A DNA stretch of 55,533 bases, from IMG/VR virus record IMGVR_UViG_3300014499_000008, positions 1-55,533 of that record. The stretch is one strand, 5' to 3'. The notes under the pieces are model-generated. The model made no database searches, had not been told where the DNA came from, and saw only the letters and a list, made by a program, of their open reading frames with translations. The DNA comes from a virus (Duplodnaviria > Caudoviricetes). Of this stretch, positions 9,192-18,727 are shown one piece after another. A program made the position numbers and the translations under genes. Numbering within the stretch: the first letter of the stretch is position 1; each line of letters opens with the position of its first letter.

Positions 9192-12100
9192 ATGAATGAC
9201 ACCGTAACCGCCTATTTCGTGGGACCGGACGATGCCTCCACATGCGACACAGGGGGGCCGGATGATGAAGGGTGCGATGGCGCTGTAAACGGTAATCCGT
9301 ACACGCTAGACACCGTTCCAGAACCCGGCTCTTTTGCTTGTACGTCACGTTGCAGGCACATGGTTCAAGTTCACGGCGATGCGCCTGACGGCGTTGAAAC
9401 GATGGATTACACCGGAGACATTGGCTTCGGTGCCGCTGGAGATGCAGCAAATGAAACCGGCGCAGAACGTCTTGATGCGGCGGGAGTAAAGCTCGATGAT
9501 TTGACACCTGACGAACTCGCAATCGTTGATATGTCAAATGGTGAGATTGCACAATATCTCAAAGATAACAATCTCGACATCAGCGACGTTGATTCAGTGC
9601 TAACGTCTGACGATCAAGACGCTGTGCGCGCCGAGATGAATGCGCTTGGTTACAGGCCAAGTTCTGGTGACGACTTTAGTGCAATGGTGTCGAATGGTGA
9701 TGTTGATTCGATTCGTGCATATATCGATGCAAACGGCGTTGATGAAGCGCATCAATTAGCTGCCGATGGGTTTTCAGACGCTAGCGATGCGTACAATCTC
9801 GCTGATGCATTGAATCAAGTTGAGAAGCTTGAGCAGTGGGAGGTCGAATACGACCCGGAAACACAAACGTGGACAGTCACGAACTCCGTACAGCGTTTGG
9901 CGCAAGTCGCCAAAGAACAAAAGCTGAGCACATTAAAACAGTTCTTGCGTGAAGTCGGCACTGCGTCGAGTGGTAATCACCATCACGCAGGACGACCGGG
10001 TGAGGTGGGTGGAAGCGGCCCATCGGATTCACCGCGCGTCATTGTCCCGTCGAGTGCAGGCGAAGGCAAAACAGATCACTATTGGATGGGCGTAAGTCAG
10101 CCTAGTGGTGCGCCCATTCGCGGAACACCGATTGCGTGGAATGATCCTCGTATACCGGACATCATTTATCATGTGACGCCGAATGCAGATGCGATTCAAG
10201 CGTCAGGTTTGTTACGCGCGGGTGGCGTTGGTGGACTCGGCGGTGATAAGAACGATCAGATTGTTTCGTTCACCATATCGAAACCTGTTGCTGAAAACTT
10301 GAAGTCAGCAATGCTAATTATGTCGAATGTCGCGCGTGAAGTTGGGCCGGAACCGCCAATGCGCACGCCTGAGCGCGAAGCGTGGGGAACCAAAACAGTT
10401 GAAGCGTTTGCAAAAGGTGCGAAGGCGGAAGGTTGGGACTATAAACTTGAACCGAACTACGAAGAAGCAAAGAGTGATTACGGACTAAGCGATTGGTCAA
10501 CTCAGTTCATGGGCCGTCGAGATAGCGCGCACATGGATAAAGAAACATATCAAACACCTGAGCGTTGGCGCAATCCGTTGTTCTTCGGTGTAACACAACA
10601 ATATTGGGCGAACGTCGATCCTAAGAGTCTCGGCATTATTTCAATTCCGAAAGCGAATCTGAACACTGGTGCATTGATTACTGACTTTGATCTTGGTCAG
10701 CGTAATCTTGAAGAAGTTCGTTCGTACGGTGATGTGCCGATCACGAACCACATGCGCGAAACACTGACTGCTATTCGTGAAGCTGCACAACGTCAATTGG
10801 TTGGTCAAGTCACAAGCGTGCGTGTTCGCGAAGTCGGAACAGCGTCGAGTGGCAATCACAATCATCCCGGTCGCCCTGGTCATGTTGGCGGTAGCGGTCC
10901 ATCAATGGAAAACGTCAGTCCCGAAGCGCCTGATCTTGCGCTCGAACACGCAAAGGGCGGATGGTCGGAAAACAGTCAAGCAAGGCCACATCTGCAGGTC
11001 GCAGCGAATCGGCAATGGGGGAATGAGGACACTGCAAACTTTACACCGATGATGCTTAGACGTTGGGGCGTATCGAAAGAGAACAAGTACACGCAAAGCG
11101 ACATTATGAATCTTGCAAATGCACAAGAACGTAATGCACAGATTGCGCGTGAACAATATAATATACCTAACAATACAGTGTTTCGCGGTAGTGGTCCCGC
11201 TGAGTATGCAGACATCCCAAGTGATAAACCGTTCACATTGCGTCCGCTTATGTCAACAACAACAAACGAAGATGTAGCGAATCGATTCGGACTTGGCGGA
11301 TATGAATCAGGCAATTACTTCAATGTCAATTATCCTGACACATATCGGCTAGAGATACGTGGACTGTCGCCGGAGGATGTGTTCAGCAACACTAAGGCGT
11401 TTCAGATCGATCGCGACGTAAAGGCGTATGGTAAGACGCATTACGAAGATGTCGAGTTCGAGCATGTATTGTACGGTAATCAACACGAATGGCAGGTTGT
11501 TGGTGAGACTACACAACCTTGGACATTCGACGGCATCGCGCGCACCGTTCACACGAAGATAATCGAACCAGTCGGCGGCGGGAAGCATTACGATGGCCCA
11601 GGTTCAAAAGTACCAGCTAAGCCTGAGTTGACATTCAGCACAGCAGATGACCCCGAAGATGAAAGTGGCTGGGGCAAGGTATTCACTGCGAAGCTTGGCG
11701 ACAAAGTTGTTGCAACTGCGCGTAAGGATATAAATAACAGTTATCTGTCCGATGTCTACGTGAACCGCGCGTATCAGCGACAAGGTATCGGAATGAAGCT
11801 GTATGACTACATTGAGAAAGATCGCGGAATCAAGCTGACTCAGCATCCGACCTATGACACACCCGCATTGAATGCGTTCTGGGCACATCGCAAAGCCAGT
11901 GCCTCCCGTGAAGTTATGCGCGAGGGAGGGCCGGGGAGTGGCGATAGAGGCCATCCTGGGCGTCCTGGGCAGGTAGGAGGGTCAGGGCAGAGCGCAGGTG
12001 TCAGCAAAGCCGCCGCAGCGGTCGCAGACAACCCAAAAACCGCATCCGGGGGCGGGAAAGAGATTCCGCCCAGTGATCCACCAATCGATACTACGAACAC

Positions 12101-12890
12101 TCGCTGGAAGTCGTATGTGAAGAAGATCGTTGATACGCCGGGAACACATGCCTACGATCTGAACAGCACCGGCAACGGCTATCAGCTTGAAGCACAGGGC
12201 ATGGATTACGCTGGTTCATCGTACGTTGATCCAAAGGTTCGTGAATACAACGCGAGATTGAAGTCAACAGTGCTCGATGAAGTTGCACATAATATCGATG
12301 ACATCAATGGTCAAGTTCACAATCTCGATCAATTGTTCTTCGCGAAAAGTATGAGTATCGGTAGTGATGATTTCAGTACAACGGTAGCTGTAACGTTGAA
12401 CAATTCACCGCAGGGCAATGTCGTCGGGTTCAATATGGATAAGATCGGCAGGCATCAACGTATCGGTGCTGATTACACAACTGCCGATCGCGCTGCCAAC
12501 ACAACCGAATATGCAAAGTTGATCACCGATCACGAGATGGGCCATGTATTCTACAATCAGTTAGGACGTAAAGATACATCACAATGGAAGTCAACATGGC
12601 AGAACGCGCAGATCAACGAGGAACATTTCACAGGATATTCAGAATCGAACGATCGTGAAGGTTTTGCCGAAGCGTACTGTGCTTATGTCAACGGATTCAA
12701 AGACAGATTACCGCGTGGATATATGGAGTTTTTCTTGGAACGCAATGTCGATCAACTCAAAGAAGCTGAACAGGCTGACAATGAACCGTTAGCAATTCTG
12801 TGCGGCTTTGGTGATGCGCCAACCGTTCACGTTTATGCCGATCGCATCGAAACGTTTCCAGTAAAGCAGGACAATGAAGATCACAATTGA
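9192..12890 (+). CDS. Polyvalent MuF-associated effector protein: MuF Cys motif, two ART-like domains, GNAT, zincin metallopeptidase
   Basis: DDASTC..C...PEPG..CTSRCRH; YHVT..IQASGL..VSFT..EEVR; VFRG..STTTNEDVA..EFE; VYVNRAYQRQGIG; HEMGH..EGFAEAY. Confidence 0.8.
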   Translation: MNDTVTAYFVGPDDASTCDTGGPDDEGCDGAVNGNPYTLDTVPEPGSFACTSRCRHMVQVHGDAPDGVETMDYTGDIGFGAAGDAANETGAERLDAAGVKLDDLTPDELAIVDMSNGEIAQYLKDNNLDISDVDSVLTSDDQDAVRAEMNALGYRPSSGDDFSAMVSNGDVDSIRAYIDANGVDEAHQLAADGFSDASDAYNLADALNQVEKLEQWEVEYDPETQTWTVTNSVQRLAQVAKEQKLSTLKQFLREVGTASSGNHHHAGRPGEVGGSGPSDSPRVIVPSSAGEGKTDHYWMGVSQPSGAPIRGTPIAWNDPRIPDIIYHVTPNADAIQASGLLRAGGVGGLGGDKNDQIVSFTISKPVAENLKSAMLIMSNVAREVGPEPPMRTPEREAWGTKTVEAFAKGAKAEGWDYKLEPNYEEAKSDYGLSDWSTQFMGRRDSAHMDKETYQTPERWRNPLFFGVTQQYWANVDPKSLGIISIPKANLNTGALITDFDLGQRNLEEVRSYGDVPITNHMRETLTAIREAAQRQLVGQVTSVRVREVGTASSGNHNHPGRPGHVGGSGPSMENVSPEAPDLALEHAKGGWSENSQARPHLQVAANRQWGNEDTANFTPMMLRRWGVSKENKYTQSDIMNLANAQERNAQIAREQYNIPNNTVFRGSGPAEYADIPSDKPFTLRPLMSTTTNEDVANRFGLGGYESGNYFNVNYPDTYRLEIRGLSPEDVFSNTKAFQIDRDVKAYGKTHYEDVEFEHVLYGNQHEWQVVGETTQPWTFDGIARTVHTKIIEPVGGGKHYDGPGSKVPAKPELTFSTADDPEDESGWGKVFTAKLGDKVVATARKDINNSYLSDVYVNRAYQRQGIGMKLYDYIEKDRGIKLTQHPTYDTPALNAFWAHRKASASREVMREGGPGSGDRGHPGRPGQVGGSGQSAGVSKAAAAVADNPKTASGGGKEIPPSDPPIDTTNTRWKSYVKKIVDTPGTHAYDLNSTGNGYQLEAQGMDYAGSSYVDPKVREYNARLKSTVLDEVAHNIDDINGQVHNLDQLFFAKSMSIGSDDFSTTVAVTLNNSPQGNVVGFNMDKIGRHQRIGADYTTADRAANTTEYAKLITDHEMGHVFYNQLGRKDTSQWKSTWQNAQINEEHFTGYSESNDREGFAEAYCAYVNGFKDRLPRGYMEFFLERNVDQLKEAEQADNEPLAILCGFGDAPTVHVYADRIETFPVKQDNEDHN

Positions 12891-13341
12891 TATGCATGGT
12901 ATGACCGTTCTGATCAACGGTATCACCAAAGTTGGCGGCGGTGCGCTTAAGTATGTCGATAGCGTGCTTGAGCGTTGCATCAAGAATGATCTGTGGCCGG
13001 AATGGATCAGACAAATATCATATTCCGATCATTCACTTGAACTGCTCGCCGCACTTGGTCATCCGTACTCGACACGCTACGGCAAAGATTCATTCGTTCA
13101 TCTTGATTCAGTTGTTCACATTCAAGACGGTGAACTGCTTGGCGGTTCTGAGATTCTACGAACGAAAACAGGTTGGGAGCTAGCAAACTCAACACCTCAG
13201 TATGTATATCTGCGTTACGGAACATCGGTAATGCGCATGCGTGATCCTGGAACTGCAGCACTGACAGCAGCATTACCAGCGATACGTCGTCGGTTTGCAA
13301 GCGAGATTAAAGGCGCAATCATTCAAATGATCGTGAGGTAA
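12874..13341 (+). CDS. Neck/tail-completion protein (HK97 gp10-like)
   Basis: G.L..S...Y..YLRYGT..MR.R pattern. Confidence 0.55.
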   Translation: MKITIDMHGMTVLINGITKVGGGALKYVDSVLERCIKNDLWPEWIRQISYSDHSLELLAALGHPYSTRYGKDSFVHLDSVVHIQDGELLGGSEILRTKTGWELANSTPQYVYLRYGTSVMRMRDPGTAALTAALPAIRRRFASEIKGAIIQMIVR

Positions 13342-13345
13342 CAGT

Positions 13346-13549
13346 ATGTCAAAAGATGAACCATTTCGTTCAGTATATTACGATTCTGCGAACGATCAAG
13401 AATCGGATGAGGTTGCAGAACGGCTCAAAGGTGTTCGAGAATCGTTGATCGAGGAGAGCGACACGATTGAACGCAAGCGTATGCGCGAAGTTAAAAAGCA
13501 AGCGGCTGATGAAGGCAATCCGTACCCGCATACGTTGCGTGAATCATGA
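13346..13549 (+). CDS. Small charged protein rich in x-x-E-S motifs (possible core protein)
   Basis: GAGG SD; VRES, IEES, LRES. Confidence 0.5.
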   Translation: MSKDEPFRSVYYDSANDQESDEVAERLKGVRESLIEESDTIERKRMREVKKQAADEGNPYPHTLRES

Positions 13550-13935
13550 GTCAAGTCATTGACGGTCAGCTAACGATTCACGAAGAGACGCTCTCGTTGC
13601 TTGAATGCGTGCAACAGGATTACGTTATCGCATTAAAGCCATTGGTCAAGTATCTGCAGCGCGTGGCAAAGGCGACAGCGCCAAGCGATGTTGAGTCAGC
13701 GCGTGTCGAACCGTTGGGGATGTCGCCTTGGGATTGGATATGCTCGAAGAACCGAAAACTCATGCACGCGGCGGGGCAGGAAGGGATGGCAAATACGATC
13801 ATGACGATGCTGCGCGGAGCAGAAGTCTGGGCGAAAGATCACGGTACAACGCTCGAATACGTCGATGTGGCACGATCGACGTGGACACCTGACGGTCGAT
13901 TGATCATCGAGTTCAAGCAAGGGACAGACGCATGA
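13546..13935 (+). CDS. Hypothetical protein
   Basis: ATGA overlaps at both ends. Confidence 0.6.
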   Translation: MSQVIDGQLTIHEETLSLLECVQQDYVIALKPLVKYLQRVAKATAPSDVESARVEPLGMSPWDWICSKNRKLMHAAGQEGMANTIMTMLRGAEVWAKDHGTTLEYVDVARSTWTPDGRLIIEFKQGTDA

Positions 13936-14123
13936 CCATCATCCTCGCATTCGTGATCTTGTTCTTCTTATTCGGCGGCGGTTACTATGGTTGGTACAGA
14001 GGTCGTCCTACGGTCGTTGGTGCCCCTGCAAGCTCATACGGATACGCACCGGGACTGGGCGGCATCCTGGTGACGATCGTGGTCTTGTACGTCATCCTGC
14101 ACATCTTGCTACGCATCGTCTAA
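13932..14123 (+). CDS. Small two-TM membrane protein
   Basis: Two hydrophobic helices separated by a Gly/Tyr-rich loop. Confidence 0.6.
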   Translation: MTIILAFVILFFLFGGGYYGWYRGRPTVVGAPASSYGYAPGLGGILVTIVVLYVILHILLRIV

Positions 14124-14150
14124 AAACCATCATCCGGGGCGGGGAAAGGC

Positions 14151-14427
14151 GAAGCCGTTGACGTGGAAGGCTACTAACACATCAACGGCTTCCAGTGACT
14201 TGCATCACCGACCGTGCGCCCGCCGTTGATGCATTGCTGCACCACCCGGCCCTCTTGAACGCTCCGGCACCTCAAAACCTAGCTCATGTTGTTGTGTCAC
14301 GTCAAGACTCACGAGCGTTACAAAACGTATCGGCGCACTTCATACATTGCACGGTTCTTCATAAGAGCGCACGAAACCGCTGCAGTGCTCGCCAGTCCCA
14401 AAAGCAAAAACCGGGGGCGGGAATGAG
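14151..14427 (-). ncRNA. Candidate antisense sRNA 1 ending in a 15-bp hairpin with loop UUAGUAGCCUUC
   Basis: Stem fully paired only on the minus strand (one U-G); minus-strand TGATATAAT at 14434-14442; boundaries inferred. Confidence 0.5.
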
Positions 14428-14433
14428 AGTGTC

Positions 14434-14442
14434 ATTATATCA
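14434..14442 (-). promoter_or_regulatory. Extended -10 promoter (TGATATAAT)
   Basis: Reverse complement of attatatca; AT-rich upstream. Confidence 0.5.
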
Positions 14443-15754
14443 ACATAACGAAAACGAAAAACAATGGAAACGAAATGATCTTCAGTGAATCAACAACAAC
14501 AACATTCTCTCTCTCTCTCCTCTGCTCTATCATTATGTATAGCACCTCACTGTCAGATACAACGCGGAGGGAAGAGCGATCGATACCTTCCCCCCTCTGA
14601 GGAAATATGTCAGAGCAGTAGTCAGTCTCCCACCAACCTACAAGCCATGGGACGGCCTGCTTACCTAGTAGTCAAGCGTGTGGTCTACCTAGCGCAGCGT
14701 GATTTCGTGATTCGGCGATCTGTATAATCCTACTACAGTTTTGGGCAGTATCTCGAACCCTATCGCTTGACTTCCTGTTCAGCAAGCAGATGGTCAACAA
14801 GCGCAAACCATTGCAGTATAATGGATTGCGCTTCATGGTTGCTCCGCTCTCAGCACTATTCTCTTCACCCGCTGCTGAAACGGAGTGCCAGGGGATGGTG
14901 ACCGGCGAATCGAGGGTTCGCACTACTCCTATTGCTGTTTCCGCCGATCGCATGCTGCTTGGTAGGTCAAGCGGGTGGCTGGGTTTTCCCTGGGGAGGAC
15001 CCGCTTAGCCCACCTCTCCCCTCTGCCCCGGAGGAAGTAGAGAACGCACTACTCCTTTCCTGCGTCTGTACACGTCTAGACACGAAATTGAACGCTAGGG
15101 GGCCTACGTTGACCCAGGACGCACGGCACCTCTCTAGATAGGCAGATGTATCTCCCAAGCTCACAAACGCGTTCCTAGAGCCTCCATCGCTAGCCGTCAT
15201 TGTTGGGTCACCTGACCGGCTTAACCCGTTCTTTACTCGCTTGCTAGCTTGCCTTGCGTTGACTCGGGCACCCAGATCATGCCTATCATACTGGTGTCGG
15301 TGGCTGTGAGCTTGCTTGTATTGATATGTAAGATAAGCCAAAGGAGTAGTGCAAGTGTTTCAGCTATGGCACTCGTACTACAGTTCTTGTGCAAACGACA
15401 TGTTCTCGACGTGTAACATACGAATCGGTTTGTGAAAGGAAGTGAATCAGCATGAGCGTTACGCGATGATTTCAGATTGATTGAATGTTGTGTTTGAAGA
15501 TTGAATGTTGTTTTGCGTAATTAGTGTGCCTGCTGCCGATGATACCGCTGCAGCGGAGTGAGGGAAACGATGGGATAAAAAGAGTTCGCTTGTAGCGACT
15601 ACGCAGGTCCCTGACAAATCTTCATCTGATCGCGTTTCTCCTGACGGGCGATCCGATGGTGGCGCTGAAGCCTCGATAGTACCGCCGACACGGGAACTCG
15701 GGGCTTTGTCGTGGAAGGAGGCGATCAGCCGTCTTTGAGCAGGCGGTGATCGAT

Positions 15755-15776
15755 CGTCGTTAGTAGCCTTTCGGCG
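15755..15776 (+). ncRNA. Candidate antisense sRNA 2 hairpin with loop UUAGUAGCCUUU (5' end unknown)
   Basis: CGUCG/CGGCG stem with U-G pair, loop matches the 14151-14192 loop at 11/12 nt, terminator immediately downstream. Confidence 0.45.
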
Positions 15777-15786
15777 TGGGAGGCAG

Positions 15787-15825
15787 AGGGCCGCATTCAC
15801 TCCTGTGAGCGCGGTCCTTTGTTTT
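15787..15825 (+). terminator. Intrinsic terminator
   Basis: AGGGCCGC...GCGGTCCT stem followed by TTGTTTT. Confidence 0.6.
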
Positions 15826-16317
15826 GCTCGTGTATGATGGTGTCGCGGCATTACAAGTTAGTGAGCATGCAGATCGAGCGAACTGTGCAGAACGGTCTGC
15901 TGCGTCCTATGCGTCTAGGGTGGCCCAGTTCGCCCGGTAACTGCGGTACTTTCGTACTGTTCACGTCTTGACACGGCTAATTCGGTGCGTATCATTGAAT
16001 GATTCCCCCGCCGTGCATTGACTGTGCGCCCGCAACCCTCTTGAGAGTCTCGGTCATTGTCATGGCAAAACATAAGGCTACGAAGATATGGTATCGCGCC
16101 CGAAGGTTCGCGATCTTACTTCCTATCGCGCGCACGTAAAGTGTCACGCGTATGACACCGCGCGCTGTTGTCCATATCTTGCGCACCGGGACAAACCGGG
16201 CGTGCTTGTCTATACCTGCATGTACGTTCAATTGAGTCATGTTTATTCTCAACTTAGCGGTTCATGCGCTGATCCGTTTGATGAGGTCAGCCAAACCGCA
16301 TTCCCGAGAGAGATGAA

Positions 16318-16749
16318 ATGCAATCAACCAAAGCCCCGGTCAAAGAAGTTAGCAAACATAGCGTGACACCTATCTCCCCCGAGCTTGATGATCTTGACGT
16401 TGATGAGGATGAACTCGATGACGACGACGATGACGAGCTTGAAGAAGATGACGACGAGGACCCTGACCCCGCCGCCAATGTCGATTCTGCCGTCAGTGTC
16501 GCGGAAGCTGGGCGGCGCGGGGGTTTGATCAATAGTCAGCGGAAGCGTGCGCTCGATCCTAACTACTTCCGCACGATCGGCAAGCGTGGTGGGCAGGCCA
16601 CGGCCAAGAACCATGACACGGAGCACTATCGGTTGATCGGCACGCGCGGCGGCAAGAGCAATGCCCAAGCTCATGATCACGATCATTTCGTTGAGCTTGG
16701 CACGCTGGGCGGTGCGAAGGTTCGTGCAGCATTGCAGCGCGGGGAGTGA
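16318..16749 (+). CDS. KGG-repeat (GsiB/YciG-like) stress protein with acidic N-terminus
   Basis: EAGRRGG, IGKRGG, IGTRGG, LGTLGG repeats; poly-D/E tract. Confidence 0.75.
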   Translation: MQSTKAPVKEVSKHSVTPISPELDDLDVDEDELDDDDDDELEEDDDEDPDPAANVDSAVSVAEAGRRGGLINSQRKRALDPNYFRTIGKRGGQATAKNHDTEHYRLIGTRGGKSNAQAHDHDHFVELGTLGGAKVRAALQRGE

Positions 16750-17121
16750 TGGGCAGACGATCGACGGCGGCGCATTTGAGTGAAGCGGCGCAGAAAGAGT
16801 ACATCGCGCGTATCGCTGCTGTTCGCGCAGTGCATGGCCCTAAGACTGTCGGCACGAGAGCCTTTTCTGACGGTACATACAAGTGCGGCTTGTGTGATGC
16901 CGTGGTCGAGAAGGTTGGCGACAAGTGGATTCATCGGTAGATGATGACGCACAGTGTGATAACTGTAAGCGTAGCGTCGAAGAACACGTAATCGTTATCA
17001 CGCCCGATATGCTTTCGATTGCGCTGCGCGGCGGTATTGATGCGCTCGGTACGATCGGCAAGCTGCACATGATTTGTCCAACGTCACTCTTTGAATTTAA
17101 TACAACGAGAGTAGGTGAGAG

Positions 17122-17355
17122 ATGAGCTTACATTCGTCAACGTTTAGTTATCTTCTACCTAATGACGATCAGAAGGTGAAGATGGAACGCCTTCGAGAAG
17201 CGGTGAAGGTTTATGCAAAAGTAATCGAAGCCGACATTCAAGATGGTCCCGATAAAACATACATATTCCGCAGGCTGCGTGAAATAGCTATGTGGGTGAA
17301 CGTTGCGATCACGCGATGTGCCGACGGTACTCCGCGTACTGATCGTGAGCCTTAG
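17122..17355 (+). CDS. Acb2/Tad1-like helical-hairpin nucleotide-sponge candidate
   Basis: TFSY..P.DDQ..M..LRE..K.YA..I...DGPDKT...LRE..MW.N.AI.R pattern. Confidence 0.55.
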   Translation: MSLHSSTFSYLLPNDDQKVKMERLREAVKVYAKVIEADIQDGPDKTYIFRRLREIAMWVNVAITRCADGTPRTDREP

Positions 17356-17705
17356 CGGAAATACGATGAGAACATATTCAAAGGTTAGGGCCTAAGATAT
17401 GAAGCTGAGTGACGCGGCGATGATCGCGCTCGCGGGTGCCTGGGCCATATACGAGATGACCATGTATTATCGTGAATTTCCCCCCGGATGGATGAGGAAA
17501 CACAAATGGCGGAAGCCTTGATTGCAGATCAAGCCAATGATCTTGCACAGTTCGTTGACATTGACGATGTAGCGAAATCGTTTTGTGAACAGCTTCATCA
17601 AAACGGCACTGCGTGTGGAATCTGCTTAGTGTATGCGTATATGTTACTTTATGATTTAAAACGTTTGGGATTGCGAGTCTGTTAAACCTGGAAAGGTAAA
17701 TTGAG

Positions 17706-18125
17706 ATGTCAACCATAGACACACAAAACAAGATCACGTACCATCCGGCAATACACGAATTGATCACATCAAATACAGAGATCACTCAAGGACCCGAGTG
17801 CGATATTGACGTTGTGTTCTTCAAGGTAAACTGCGTTGAGATCAATCGTGAGATGTTCGAGAAGTCGGTGTTAGCGTGGCATGGAACCTACGGCACCCCG
17901 ACGTTGAATCTTTTTGACGGTAAGGTTTACAACTACATCGAGATCGGCACATGGCTCGGTGATCAGCAGGTTGCGCTGCGCATGATGGCGCTTGGTGCGT
18001 ATCTTGAAGTTTGGCGCTTGATCACCCCCGATAGTGTGTTCTCGGCGTATCTACTTGATCCGAATGTGTTGATTTCACTGGCGAAGGTCGGCTTGATTAC
18101 CATCGTTGTCGAACCTCCAACATGA
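17706..18125 (+). CDS. Hypothetical protein
   Basis: GGAAAGG SD, 139 aa, in operon. Confidence 0.6.
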   Translation: MSTIDTQNKITYHPAIHELITSNTEITQGPECDIDVVFFKVNCVEINREMFEKSVLAWHGTYGTPTLNLFDGKVYNYIEIGTWLGDQQVALRMMALGAYLEVWRLITPDSVFSAYLLDPNVLISLAKVGLITIVVEPPT

Positions 18126-18526
18126 ACTACGACGATGAACTTATCGAAATCCTTGATAAGCGGTACAGTGATGAACGTAAATACGGCGTAGTCATTTCGT
18201 CCGACGCTGTTCGTGTTTGCTTGTACGTCGCCATTCTTGCAACGCTCGCGATCTGTCAGTCGATAAATCGAGTCGCGCGGGAGTTGCATGACATTGAAGA
18301 ACTGTACGTTGACCCGCGCTAAGCTAACGGCGATACGACAGTGCTACGTCAGCCCGGCGACTGGTTATGATTCGTTGCGCGACGTGTGCGATACGCTTGA
18401 ACGCGTGTATGTGCTGCTGGCGAACTCGATGACGCCCGGTAAGCCTGGGTACGGTGAGGGGATCAATAGTTCGAAGCTCGCCGCCGCGCTCGAAGGCGTT
18501 GACTATGTTCGCCCGGTAGGGCAAGT

Positions 18527-18727
18527 ATGATGATGGCTGAATTGACGTTCGATACTGCGCCTGATGTGATGACGGTGCCGGAAGCGGCGGTGCTCTTGCG
18601 CGTCTCAGCCGATTCGTTGTATCGAGCGATCGGGCGAGGTGAGTTCCCCGGCGCGAAGATCGGTAGCCGGTACCTCGTGGGCAAGGCGGCGATCTTGGCT
18701 TGGTTGGCGGAGAAGTCTCAGCACTAG
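18527..18727 (+). CDS. xis: Excisionase / HTH_17 DNA-binding protein
   Basis: MTVPEAAVLLRVS...YRAI..GEFPGAKIGSRYLV; adjacent to integrase. Confidence 0.8.
   Translation: MMMAELTFDTAPDVMTVPEAAVLLRVSADSLYRAIGRGEFPGAKIGSRYLVGKAAILAWLAEKSQH

Noticed and set aside
14195-15851. ORFs called in the 14.2-15.9 kb region
   Set aside because: No convincing SD or motifs, low-complexity translations, mutually overlapping on both strands; region looks non-coding
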